Source: a virus
Length of the DNA: 64,000 nt
Strand: one strand, 5' to 3'
IMG/VR virus record: IMGVR_UViG_3300009155_000040
Location: 64,001-128,000 of that record
Part shown: in pieces, positions 25,726-37,900 of the stretch
How the letters are laid out: every line of letters starts with the position of its first letter
Numbering within the stretch: the first letter of the stretch is position 1
Notes under the pieces: model-generated
The model's input: only the letters and a program-made list of their open reading frames with translations
The model's database searches: none
What the model was told of the DNA's origin: nothing
Program-made: the position numbers and the translations under genes

Positions 25726-28700
25726 ATGGCAGAGTTTAAATTAGCTAGATTTAAGTATACTTGGCAAGGAGACTGGGCACCAGCTGGTCGATATAACCCC
25801 GATGACATGATTGCCTATGGCGGCAAAGTATACACCTGTCTAGTAACACACAATGCAGCACCTGATTTTTATCTAGATTTAAATTATTTTAACAATGACA
25901 CGCCGCCATTGGCTGTTCCTCGTTGGGAACTTGTGGCTGATGGAGTTACATGGCAAGGCGATTGGCAATCAGATACCTACTACAAAATAGGCGACATAAT
26001 TAAACAATCAGGAACAGTTTACATCTGCGTTGAAGGACACACTTCAAACAGCAGATACTATCCAGATCCTTTTGATCCAGCACATCCGTTGATTATTAAT
26101 CCAACAGACCCAACGGGCGTTAAAGGATTTTTCACCAATGATGTTGACATAAATCAATATTGGACTGTACATTTAACTTCAAAAAATTGGCGCATTGATT
26201 GGGCACCAAACAGTTATTACACTGTTAATGACGTGGTTCGAGCAGGCGGTAGAACATATAGATGTAATCGTTCGCACACTTCAGCCAGTTCGTTCGAAGG
26301 CGGATTAGAAAGCAATATCTTATCATGGGATATTGTCAACATTGCCGACGACTGGAAAGGCAACTGGCAAAAAAACACCAAATATATTGTCAATGACATT
26401 GTTAAAGATGGGGGCAATGTATATCGTTGTGTTGCTGCACATCATTCAGCACTTTCAGATTCTGCAGGGTTAGCAGCAGATCTAGATCTTGGCGATAGCA
26501 CCCTGACAAAATGGGAAATCTTACACGAAAGCACTCAGTATAGAGACACATGGGTGTCTTCAACTCCAGTACTGGTTGAAGGGTTAATTACAAATGTATC
26601 AACTATTTACAAAGTCAATGATGTAGTAAAATATGGTTCATATGTTTGGAAATGTAATACATTCCATGTTGCAGGCGTTACGTTTGATCAACCAAAATTT
26701 GATATATTTTGTCCAGGCGAAGAGTTTGATGCAGACTGGTCTGCTACAACGTTTTATCAAGTAGGTGACATTGTATTTTACGGCGGTGATGTTTTTGTTT
26801 CAACATCCGGACATTCAAATGCGAACCCTTCGACCAGCCCTGCAATATGGTCATTGTTATTCCAAAGCAGCAATATTCGTGGAACTTGGAACAGTCTACG
26901 CCCATACAAAATCGGCGATGTTGTTAGAAAAGGCGGCAACGTATACCTAGCAGTAATTGACAATACTTCACAAGATCCAGATCTTCCTAATGACGGTAGC
27001 TCAACAAATTCTGGATATTGGGATTTGGTAATTTCCGGAATAGCATGGAAAGGTATTTGGACCGTTGGAAATGCTTATTCTACCGGCGATGTAGTTTCTT
27101 GGGGTGAAACATCATACAGATGTATAGATTCACATGATGCCACAGCATTCAACGCACCATTCGACGATGCGAATGGATTTACATGGACTCCTATTGTTGT
27201 TGGTAATAGCTATGCTAGATTAAAGCAAGTTGGAGATATTAAAACATATGGTCCTACATCAAGTAGCACTCTTGACTCTAAACGTTTGTCTATCGGTACT
27301 GAAGGAAACGTAGTAAGAGCAAATGCATACGGTGAAGTTGAGTGGAGAAACATATGGTCGTCTGCAAAAGTTTATTATGTAGGATTAACCGGTGAAGATG
27401 AACCTTCTTACGGTCTTACGCAACAGAAGCCATGGAGAACATTAAGATATGCCCTTGACAATGTCACTGGGTATGCCACAATTTTTGTAAGAACTGGAGT
27501 ATACGAAGAAATATTACCACTGCGTGTTCCGGCATTTGTGGCAGTAGTTGGTGATGAACTAAGAAGCACAGTGATTAAACCAGCTGGTCAAGTTTTTACA
27601 GATCTATATTTGAGTTTATTGGTTGTTGGATTTAGCTATCTAAAAGATTTAATCGGCCATATTATTAAAGAGGAATCTATCGGAACTACCGATATAGAAA
27701 GTGCTGCATTTGGAACTGTGATCTATGGAGAAATTGCACAAGATTTTTCGGGAACACCGGGTACAACAAGTGAAGTAACAGTTGTTGAAGGTTTGTTAGA
27801 AACATTCCTTACAAGAATTAGCACACGAGGCGGATCAGTATCAATCGCTGGATCTAACACAATAACAACCAGCACAAACATGCTGAACGCTAGACTGCAG
27901 ATACTTAACAATAAAGAATTTTTAAAGAACGAAATTACATTATATGTAGAAAATGTCTTTACAGATTCTACAGTAACTGACCTTCCAGCTAACTGGGATG
28001 TTGATCTAGATAGAGGTATTGATGCAATTACGTACGATATATATCGTGCAGGTAATTATAAAACAATCAGTGCTGCAGATTATTTTGTCTATGGAAATTT
28101 ACCAGACGTAAACAAACGTTCTAACATGTTCTTGTTAAGAGACGGTACTGGTTTAAGAAACATGTCACTGATTGGACTAAGTGGAACACTTGGTGCGATC
28201 AATTCCTATGGTACAAGACGTCCAAATGCAGGAGCATTTGCCAGCTTAGATCCGGGCTGGGGACCAAGCGATACAACTGCTTGGGTAGGCACACGAAGCC
28301 CTTACGTACAAAACGTTTCGACATTTGGCGACGGATGTATCGGTATGAAAGTTGACGGCGACCTACACGGCGGCGGCAACCAAACCATTGTTGCCAACGA
28401 CTTTACACAGATTATTAGTGACGGTATCGGTATGTGGTGTAACGGAACAGGCAAATCAGAACTTGTTTCGGTGTTCGTATATTATTGCCACGTGGGATAC
28501 TTGTGTACCAACGGTGGTAAGATTCGCGGAACAAACGGTAACTGCTCATACGGCGAGTTCGGTGCAGTATCGGAAGGTTACAACTCAACAGAAAATCCAA
28601 TTACAGGAACTGTTAACAACTACTATTACGAAGCTGATGTAAGTCAGATATTATGTAATGTGACCGGAAATATGTTAAAAGTATTTTTCTCTAATGCAGG

Positions 28701-31700
28701 TGTAAATTATTCATCAGGGAATTTTGCTGTTTCTGGTTCAGGCGGCAACGGTTCACTGGTCATGGACGAGTTCCGTGATGGCGCGGTATACGAAGTTCGA
28801 ATTGTCAACAGAGGCGATTCAAGTGCAGAAGGAGGTAGCTCATATCTATTCAACACTAATAAGTCTCAAGCTAGTATTGACAATTATTCTGTAATTCTTG
28901 CAGGTAGTGATGAAAATACCCCGGCTCAGTATAGAGGAATGCGATTGCTGATCACTGAAGGAACTGGTATCGGACAATACGGATATATCGCAGAATACAT
29001 TACTGCCACACTTACAATCATAATGGGTAAAGAATCAAAACCTCAATATGCTGTAACACAAACTTTTGCATCGGGCAACTTGATAAAAATTGCTTCTAAC
29101 ACACACTTAAACTTGAACGACAGAATCATATTCACAGGTACTAAGTTTGGAAATATCCAAGACAACTACATTTATTATGTTAAGGCTCTTTCTGGATCAG
29201 ACGGCTTCACAATCAGTACTTCTCCAGGAGGTACAGTATTCGGAATGATTAACGGTCTTCCTAGCACAGCGCCAGGAGCCACTCCGATGGTATTACATTG
29301 TGTAGGATGGGAGCATCTTAATGAAGGTACTGCACCTGTATCTGTATTAGATACTACTTCTGTTTATACTATTGAACCGAGAATAACATTTACTAGTCCA
29401 GGATTTACTACAGGCTCAAGCACACTGCCAAATAACTTAACATGGACCAGCATTGCATCTAGTGGCTTAAGATGGGTAGCTGTTGCTACAGGATCCAACG
29501 TGGTTGCATATACAGCAAACGGCACTAGCTGGAGTACTTCAACAATGCCGGCAAGCACTGCTTGGTGTAAAGTCGAACGTGTTGGCAATATCTTTATTGC
29601 TGTGTCTACCAGCGGAGTTGCTGCAAAATCTTCAGATGGTATTTCTTGGTCAGCAATGACAATGCCTACTGCTGCTCAATGGACCGACATTGCCTATGAC
29701 GGTACAACTTACGTTATTACAGCATCTGGTGAAAACTATGTAGCAACATCTACAGATGCTACTACTTGGACAACAGCTACTATCTTAGGCGGACACACAT
29801 TTACCTTAGGCAGTGGTGCAAAATTATCTACAACACAACAAAAATTTGGAGCTACTAGTTTAGTACTAAACGGAACCTCAGACTTCCTCACAGTAGGTTC
29901 AAACGCTGATTTTAATTACGGCACCGGCGACTTTACCATCGAAGGATGGTTCTATCCAAATGCATTAAGTGGCACACAAGCATTGTTTGATCAAAGAACC
30001 GCAGCCACTGAAGTGGCAATAATGATGGACGTGAATACTTCTGGAGTTGTTAGATTGTATGTTAACGGATCTTATGTACTCAGCTCTAACACAACAATTT
30101 CAGCAGGTGCATGGACACACATTGCTATTGCAAGATCAGCAGCGGTCACATCGATGTGGGTCGGCGGAACGCTTCAGTCAACTACATACGCAGATACAAA
30201 CAACTATCCAACTCGCCCAGTAGCGATTGGGGCATATTATGGCGGAGCTACATTTTTTAACGGTTACATTGATGAGGTTAGAATATCAAAAGGCATTGCT
30301 CGATATACAACAACATTCACACCAGCAACAGCAGCATTTGCATGGACTACCGGAACTGTATTATTGTTACACTTTGATGGCACTAACCTTAGCACAACAA
30401 TTTTAGACAATGCCGATGACTGGACCGGAGTTGCTTACGGAAAAGGAAAATTTGTTGCAGTTTCCTCAACAGGTTCTTTCTCAACCAGCACCAACGGAAC
30501 TAGTTGGACTGGTGGTTTTACTACAGTTGGATTAGCAAACATAGCCTACGGCGAAAATAAATTTGTTGCGGTACAAACAGGACTTGGTTCGACTGTTAGT
30601 GCAATATCGGTTGACGGCACAACATGGACATACGGAACACTACCAGCGGCAAATTGGCTTGGAGTTGGATACGGCCAAGGAACTTGGATTGCTGTAGCAC
30701 CAGGATCAAATTCAGCAGTTTCAAATGACGGAATTAACTGGACAACACAGTCGATTGGCAATGATCAATGGTGTGCAGTTTCTTTTGCAAATGTATCAAA
30801 ACCTGGAAAATTTATTGCAATTGCAGGTAAGTTGACAACATCTACTTCTGGTGTAGTAATCAGTACAGGAACCACAGCACAGGCTCGCGCAACTGTTGTT
30901 GCAGGAAGAATTTCAGAATTTAAAATTTGGGAACCAGGTAGCGGATATGTGTCTGCACCAGTAATGACAATTACAGATCCAAACAACAGTTCAGAAGTTA
31001 GCACATCGATACGCATTGGCAACGGAGTCATAGGAAATCCAACAATTGTAAATGCAGGTATTGGGTATCAAACTAACAGTACTAGAGCAATCATAACAGG
31101 AAACGGTTATAAAAATCAATATCAACTAGGCAGCTTCTTAGTCTGCGATAATGTTACCAGATTGCCTGGCCCAGGTGATAATTTATCAATCAGTGGAATC
31201 AATGACTATACCTATAAAGTATTGTCACATATAGTATTAGGTGGATCTATCGGAAACTACACATTGCAATTAAACATTGCAAAAGATTTAGGTAGAGAAG
31301 AAACACCAGAGCATGATACTACTATTGAAATTAGACAGGCATACAGTCAAGTTCGATTAACAGGACACGATTTCTTAGACATTGGACTAGGTGGAGTTGT
31401 GGCATCTAATTACCCAAATACACTGTCGCCAAACGGCACAGTACTTGCACCAGAAGACGAAATTCAGGAAAAAAATGGTGGACGTGTTTTCTACACATCA
31501 ACTGACCAAGACGGCAACTTCCGAGTTGGTGAGCTATTTGCAGTTGAACAAGCGACTGGTACTGTTACGTTGAATGCACAGTTCTTTGAATTGCAAGGAT
31601 TGGAAGAATTGCGATTGGGTGGTGTTACAGTTGGCGGATCGGGTGTTGTTATTCGTGAGTTTTCTACAGATAATACTTTTACTGCTGATTCAAATAACAT

Positions 31701-31923
31701 TGTACCGACACAAAAAGCCATTAAGGCCTATATACAAAGACGTGTATCGGGTGGCGGCGCAGACGCAATAACCAGTTTTGTTGTTGCTGGTTTGGTACAA
31801 ATAGGACCAACTGGAATTGGAACTACGGACGGAACAGAGTTAAAATTCCCGGTAAGGGTTAATTTTAAGAAGGGTGTGGACGGAACTTATCTTGCACAGA
31901 CTTATTTTATGTCAAAGAAGTAA
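25726..31923 (+). CDS. Giant fibre/adhesin: N-terminal CBM5/12 (ChiC)-like repeats, pectin-lyase-like beta-helix, Asp-box beta-propeller with a LamG/ConA-like insert
   Basis: About 10 W....Y..GD.V...G..Y.C...H.S repeats; DELRS, SPYVQNVSTFG, NDFTQ; S.DG..W repeats; GTGDFTIEGW...WTHIA...GYIDEVRISKG at ~29790-30410. Confidence 0.7.
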   Translation: MAEFKLARFKYTWQGDWAPAGRYNPDDMIAYGGKVYTCLVTHNAAPDFYLDLNYFNNDTPPLAVPRWELVADGVTWQGDWQSDTYYKIGDIIKQSGTVYICVEGHTSNSRYYPDPFDPAHPLIINPTDPTGVKGFFTNDVDINQYWTVHLTSKNWRIDWAPNSYYTVNDVVRAGGRTYRCNRSHTSASSFEGGLESNILSWDIVNIADDWKGNWQKNTKYIVNDIVKDGGNVYRCVAAHHSALSDSAGLAADLDLGDSTLTKWEILHESTQYRDTWVSSTPVLVEGLITNVSTIYKVNDVVKYGSYVWKCNTFHVAGVTFDQPKFDIFCPGEEFDADWSATTFYQVGDIVFYGGDVFVSTSGHSNANPSTSPAIWSLLFQSSNIRGTWNSLRPYKIGDVVRKGGNVYLAVIDNTSQDPDLPNDGSSTNSGYWDLVISGIAWKGIWTVGNAYSTGDVVSWGETSYRCIDSHDATAFNAPFDDANGFTWTPIVVGNSYARLKQVGDIKTYGPTSSSTLDSKRLSIGTEGNVVRANAYGEVEWRNIWSSAKVYYVGLTGEDEPSYGLTQQKPWRTLRYALDNVTGYATIFVRTGVYEEILPLRVPAFVAVVGDELRSTVIKPAGQVFTDLYLSLLVVGFSYLKDLIGHIIKEESIGTTDIESAAFGTVIYGEIAQDFSGTPGTTSEVTVVEGLLETFLTRISTRGGSVSIAGSNTITTSTNMLNARLQILNNKEFLKNEITLYVENVFTDSTVTDLPANWDVDLDRGIDAITYDIYRAGNYKTISAADYFVYGNLPDVNKRSNMFLLRDGTGLRNMSLIGLSGTLGAINSYGTRRPNAGAFASLDPGWGPSDTTAWVGTRSPYVQNVSTFGDGCIGMKVDGDLHGGGNQTIVANDFTQIISDGIGMWCNGTGKSELVSVFVYYCHVGYLCTNGGKIRGTNGNCSYGEFGAVSEGYNSTENPITGTVNNYYYEADVSQILCNVTGNMLKVFFSNAGVNYSSGNFAVSGSGGNGSLVMDEFRDGAVYEVRIVNRGDSSAEGGSSYLFNTNKSQASIDNYSVILAGSDENTPAQYRGMRLLITEGTGIGQYGYIAEYITATLTIIMGKESKPQYAVTQTFASGNLIKIASNTHLNLNDRIIFTGTKFGNIQDNYIYYVKALSGSDGFTISTSPGGTVFGMINGLPSTAPGATPMVLHCVGWEHLNEGTAPVSVLDTTSVYTIEPRITFTSPGFTTGSSTLPNNLTWTSIASSGLRWVAVATGSNVVAYTANGTSWSTSTMPASTAWCKVERVGNIFIAVSTSGVAAKSSDGISWSAMTMPTAAQWTDIAYDGTTYVITASGENYVATSTDATTWTTATILGGHTFTLGSGAKLSTTQQKFGATSLVLNGTSDFLTVGSNADFNYGTGDFTIEGWFYPNALSGTQALFDQRTAATEVAIMMDVNTSGVVRLYVNGSYVLSSNTTISAGAWTHIAIARSAAVTSMWVGGTLQSTTYADTNNYPTRPVAIGAYYGGATFFNGYIDEVRISKGIARYTTTFTPATAAFAWTTGTVLLLHFDGTNLSTTILDNADDWTGVAYGKGKFVAVSSTGSFSTSTNGTSWTGGFTTVGLANIAYGENKFVAVQTGLGSTVSAISVDGTTWTYGTLPAANWLGVGYGQGTWIAVAPGSNSAVSNDGINWTTQSIGNDQWCAVSFANVSKPGKFIAIAGKLTTSTSGVVISTGTTAQARATVVAGRISEFKIWEPGSGYVSAPVMTITDPNNSSEVSTSIRIGNGVIGNPTIVNAGIGYQTNSTRAIITGNGYKNQYQLGSFLVCDNVTRLPGPGDNLSISGINDYTYKVLSHIVLGGSIGNYTLQLNIAKDLGREETPEHDTTIEIRQAYSQVRLTGHDFLDIGLGGVVASNYPNTLSPNGTVLAPEDEIQEKNGGRVFYTSTDQDGNFRVGELFAVEQATGTVTLNAQFFELQGLEELRLGGVTVGGSGVVIREFSTDNTFTADSNNIVPTQKAIKAYIQRRVSGGGADAITSFVVAGLVQIGPTGIGTTDGTELKFPVRVNFKKGVDGTYLAQTYFMSKK

Positions 31924-31973
31924 TGGTTTGGTACACAGGTAAATATATAATATGCGAAAAAACGGAGCTATAA

Positions 31974-34900
31974 ATGGCAGAGTTTAAACTAGGTAGAATT
32001 AGATTTGTATGGAAAAATGACTGGGTAACTGGTACAACATACTATAAAGACGACATCGTACACTACGGTGGAAGAACGTATCTATGCGTAGCAGGACATA
32101 CCGCTGCTGCCAATTTTTATACGGATCTAGAAAACATTCCAACTAAGTGGAATCAGTTTACTGATGGACAAGTATGGAAAGGCAACTGGACAGGTCCGGG
32201 TACTCTGTACAAAGAAAACGACATTGTCAAATATGGCGGATACGTGTACATTGCCAACAACGGTCACACATCGCAGACCACTCTCGAGTTAGACCAAGGC
32301 TCATGGGATTTATTCGCAGAATCCTTTGATTGGAAATCAAACTGGGTAGCTGGTACTGTATACAAAGTTAATGACGTTGTAAAATATGGTGGATATACTT
32401 ACATTTGTAATGCTGCACATACTGCCGCAGCAACTAATGCACTTGGTCTCGAAGCAAATCTAGGTAGTTGGGACATATTCTCAAAAGGATTTGACTGGAA
32501 AGGTGTATGGCTAAGTGCAACACGATACAAAATTGGCGACGTAGTAAAATACGGCGGAACAACCTATGTCTGTAATCTAGGGCATACTTCTGCAGCCACA
32601 GTTACTTTAGGTCTTGAAAATGATCAAGGTAAATGGGACTATTACAATGCCGGATTTGAATACAAAGGACAATGGATTGGTCCAACAACAGTTACAGGAT
32701 CAATCAGCGGAACAACATTAACATCATCTGGCGGCAATCCAGCGATTGGACAGTTGTTAACTGGCGGCAGTATTGCAGCCAATACATACATCACAGCAGG
32801 TTCAGGAACTACATGGACGTTGAGTGTCAACAACGGAACACTGACATCTGCTACATACACAGCAACAATTCGCTACAAAGCAAACGACCTTGTTAAACAA
32901 GGTGCAGGCATTTGGATCTGTAAAACTTCAAACACCAGCTCATCTAGCTGGACCACAGATCAAACAAACTGGGCTCAGTATGTCGAAGGCATTGAGTTTG
33001 AAAACGACTGGACCAGTTCTGGAATTTATCAAAACGGTGACATCGTCAGATACGGCGGCAATTCTTATATCGCCAAAACTTCTCACAATGCATCAGCACT
33101 AACACCTCCAAGCTCTAATACTACAGATTGGGATTTGTTTGCTACAGGATTTAGATTAGCAGGCGATTGGAATTCAGGAACACTATTTAAAGTTGGTGAA
33201 ATTGTTCGCAATGGCGGATTTACCTATGTGTCTACTTTAGATAGCACTAACCAACAACCACCAAATGCTGGTTATTGGGAAAAATTAAACGAAGGTATCA
33301 AGTGGAGAAACACTTGGCTTACTGCAACAGCGTATGTGAAAGGCGATACGATCAAGTATGGTCCTATTACCTACATCTGTATTCTAGCACACACATCGGC
33401 TTACAATGCTGGACCTCCTGTTACAGGAAATCGACCAGACATTGATGTTTCAGGAACCTATTGGAATCAATTAACAGCCGGCAATGAAAACGATGTAATG
33501 ACCACAACGGGTGATATCGTTTATTACAGCGGCTCCGGAGTTACAAGACTGCCAGTTGGCGCAGAAGGACAGGTACTTACTGTTGCGTCAGGCCAACCAG
33601 CTTGGGACTATTTTGGTCGTACTAAGAAAGTTTTTTATGTTGCAGAACACGGAGTTGATTCCCCAGCACCAATTTACGGACTGACTGTTGACCAACCATG
33701 GGCTAGTGTAAGATACGCAACTGAACAGATTCTCTACGGAACCGAATATCCACAGGCAGGTTTCTTATTAAGAATGAATAGAGAATTTATTCAACGTGAG
33801 GCTGCAGAATGGGTCAAATATCAAATTGCAAACCCAACAGGGATTTGGATAAGTTTCACCAACGACGATACTGCTAAATGTGAACGCGATATGGGTTTAA
33901 TTGTAGATGCTATCATCTATGACTTAACACACACTGGCAACGAAAGGACCCTTACAGCAGCCAACTCATATTTTACAGCATTGGGAGTTTTAGTAACAGG
34001 TATTCAAGACGAATACTTACAAAATGCCGCTGCCATCGGTTATCTATCAACGTTAGTTACTAGTATATTGGCTAACACTGCTCCAGCCAGCAACTACCAA
34101 ACATTAAATGGAGTTTCAGCAGGCAACAGAATCAAACAGATTATTAACCTAAGCTACACAGCAGAAAGCGGTGCAAACACAATCTGCACAACATTGGCAG
34201 GATACATTTCTACAGCATTAAGCTCACAATCAAAATCTGGTTTGCCAATCTTAGATTCAGCAGGCTATACGATTAATGTCAAGACAGGTCAGTTCTATGA
34301 AGTGTTACCAATCAAAGTACCTCCAAAAACTGCCATAGTTGGCGATGAACTACGCGGATCAAGAATGAGCCCGCGTGGTAAAGTCATTGCAACTAACGAT
34401 AAAGCAAAATCTGTAGCAGCCCTACAGAGATTACAGGCCATTACAGCAAATATTATTTCTAATACCGCTGTAACTCCTACAACTGGTAACTCAGCAACAC
34501 AATATACCAGCTTGCAAAAAGCAGGCAGTGTTGGTAGTTCTACAGCAGTAACAAGCGTACAGGCCAATGTTACTGAAATGATCGACATTGTTACAAACAA
34601 TACTCCAGACGCATACGTATATCCTGACCCAACAAGTTACGGTGCCGGTTACAGTAATGCTCGTCGACTAACCCTTGCTAATAAGGCATTTATACAAGCT
34701 GAAATTACTGCCTATACTGTGTTTACCTATGGTACAACAATCAGCAGCATTGACGGCAGTGGCGAACTGTTTAACACTTCTGGATCTCACGGCTTAGCTG
34801 CCGGTGACAAAGTTGGATTTAACAGCACACAAGGCGGAGTAACGCGAGGACTAACTTATTATGTTCTAGCATCAGGCTTAACGACTACTGCATTTAAAGT

Positions 34901-37900
34901 TGCTGCAACTTCAACTTCATCAACTCCGGTAGATTTAACCACAGTAGCAAGTCCATCACCTGCAATGAAAGTATTAAAATATGATGCGGCAAAATGTCTA
35001 AGAGACGTAGGCTATGAAGTTGATGCATTGATATACGATTTAACCTACGGCGAAACCAGCGGTTGTAACTTAATGACAGAAATCATCGCTCGTTCATACT
35101 ACAGCCAAGGTGTATTTGTTGAGCCAGCAGCAGAAAAAACTTATGCACTTGCTGCTCAAACTAGACTGTCAGCAATTATTTCTAGTATTATAACAAAAGC
35201 CGCAGTAACTGCCACTGCTGGTAATACTGTTTCACAAGATGTTAGTGGTACTGCTGGATCTGCAGGTGCAGCAACGTTTGCACAGGCTAGAGTACAAGAA
35301 GTGTATGCTACGATCAACACCGGTACTAGCCCTACAACTATTGTACCAAGTACGGCGTGGGTAGCAAGTGCGCTGGTAACTGCACGTACAACGTTAAATG
35401 CAGCTAAGGCTTCAATTCAAGCCGATGCTGTTCAATATGTTAAAGTCACATATCCAACGTTGAACTTTGATGAGACTCTTTGTTCTCGAGATGTTGGCTA
35501 TATTGTAGATGCGTTAGGTTACGACCTAATGTTTGGTTCAAACTACCTATCAATCTTCAACGGTCTTTCATATCGTAGAGGTTTATCATCAACTAACATT
35601 GTGATTACAACACAGTTGGCCGCTCAACAGGCAATATTAAACTTCATATCCAAAGAAGCCACATACTATGTTGCCAGCGGAGCAGCAGTTGGAGCTGACA
35701 ATCTATGGACCGACATTATTAACTATGTAAACACTGGTACTAGACCAATTGTTTCGGGTACTAATACCCCAACAATTGATTTAGACATATTAGCAGGGGC
35801 ACAAAATCTATTATCAAACACTGCATTTATGCAGGCTGAAGCTACAGCCTACATTAACAACACTTACAAATCAACAGTAACAGCATCAACTGGCGGGTCA
35901 ACTGACACATATACTTGTGGTTCACAGACATGGATGGTTGCTGGCGATGCTGTAAGATTTACAGGCACAGTATTTGGTGGAATTAGTACAGGAACTACCT
36001 ATTACATCTTAGCCTCAGGACTAACTTCTACATCGTTTAAAGTATCTCTTACATTAGGCGGCTCCGCAGTTGATCTATCAACAGCTACTGGCTCAATGAC
36101 AGTGACTTATTATTATTCTCAAAGCCGTTGTCAGAACGATGTTCGCTGCTATATCGATGCTATTGCTTACGATTTGAAATATACAGGAAATTACAGATCT
36201 GTAATGGCAGCACGTTACTACAGAAATGCATTGACTGGTTCTAAACTAGAAGATTTCTTCTATGTCAGCGATGGTTGCGGAGTAAGAAACTGTACGCTAA
36301 CAGGTCTCGACGGTTCGTCAGACGGTAATACTGCAGGAGCAGGAACATATCCGTCTGGTATGATTCCAGCGAACGCATTTGGTACACAACGTCCAGCAGC
36401 AGGTGCTTATGTTTCACTTGATCCAGGCTGGGGACCAAATGACAGTACAGCATGGGTAACCACAAGATCTACTTACATACAAAACGTAACAACATTTGGT
36501 ACAGGTGCAACTGGACAGAAAATTGACGGTAGCATACACGCAGGTGGTAACGATTCTATCGTTTCTAACGACTTTACACAGGTTATTTCCGCAGGTATTG
36601 GTGCGTGGGTTACTAACTTGGGACGTGCAGAACTTGTTTCTGTGTTCTCATACTACTCACATATTGGTTACCTAGCAGAAAACGGTGGTAAGATTCGTGC
36701 TACTAACGGTAACAACTCCTACGGTGATTTTGGTTCTGTAGCAGAAGGTGTTGATATTAAAGAAACGCCTGTTTATGGTTATATCAATAACCGTAATACA
36801 GAAGCAGATGTTAGAAATACGCTAACTGACGGTGTTAATAACATTTTAGTTTACGAATACGGAAATGCAGGCACTGCCTACACATCAGCAACATTAAGTA
36901 TTGCTGGTGCAGGTGTTAGTGCAGCCGCAGTTCTTAGTGAATTCCGTGATGCTGCGGTTTATCAAGTAAGATTAACAGACCCGGGCGATTCTACAGGCAA
37001 GGGCGGCGCTGGTTATATCACTCAAACCAACCTAGCACAAACCGGTAACACAACCAGCATCACATTGGCGGTTGCTGATACAGCATCCAGCACAGCCTAT
37101 GTAGGAATGTTGCTAACAGTTATTTCTGGCACAGGTGCAGGACAATACGGTTACATCCAAGCATACAACTCTGCAAACAAAGTTGCTACAATCTATAAAG
37201 ATACTGACGGTACTGCTGGCTGGGAGCATGTTACTCCGGGTGTAGCAATTGTATCTGCATTAGATACCACAAGCCAGTATCAGATTACTCCAAGATTGGT
37301 AATTTCTGCTCCTCCTTACTCAGCAACAGCAAGAACATTGCCAAGTTCTGTAGCATGGAGAGATGTTGGATATGGTAATGGCGTAGGTACTTACACTAAT
37401 TTGAACGCAACAGGAAGTGTTGGCGGATCTCTTGCAAGTTTTGATGTTACTCGAGTACAAGGTGTGTATACTGTAGCGATTAATATTCCAGGCATTTTGT
37501 ATGCAGTTGGTGAAACACTAACAATTGCAGGTACAGCACTAGGCGGTACAAGCCCTGCTAACGATTTATCTATTACTATCTTAGGTGTTAACACTGGCAG
37601 CAGTGGTATTAATAGAATTTCAACAAGCGGTACTGCTGTTACAGCAAAATTTGTTGCAATCGCAGATGGCAGCGCATCGGCAGCAACATCAACAGATGGA
37701 ACAACTTGGTCTACATTAACAATGCCAAGTTCATTATCATATAGATCAATAGCTTACGGAACATTCAGCGGAATTGGTCGCTATATGGCAATTGCCAGCG
37801 GTACAGCAACTTCATACTATTCAACAGACGGGTTAAACTGGACTTCGGCATCAATGTCAGCTAACACAACCTGGCAGGCTCTTGCATATGGTAACAGTAG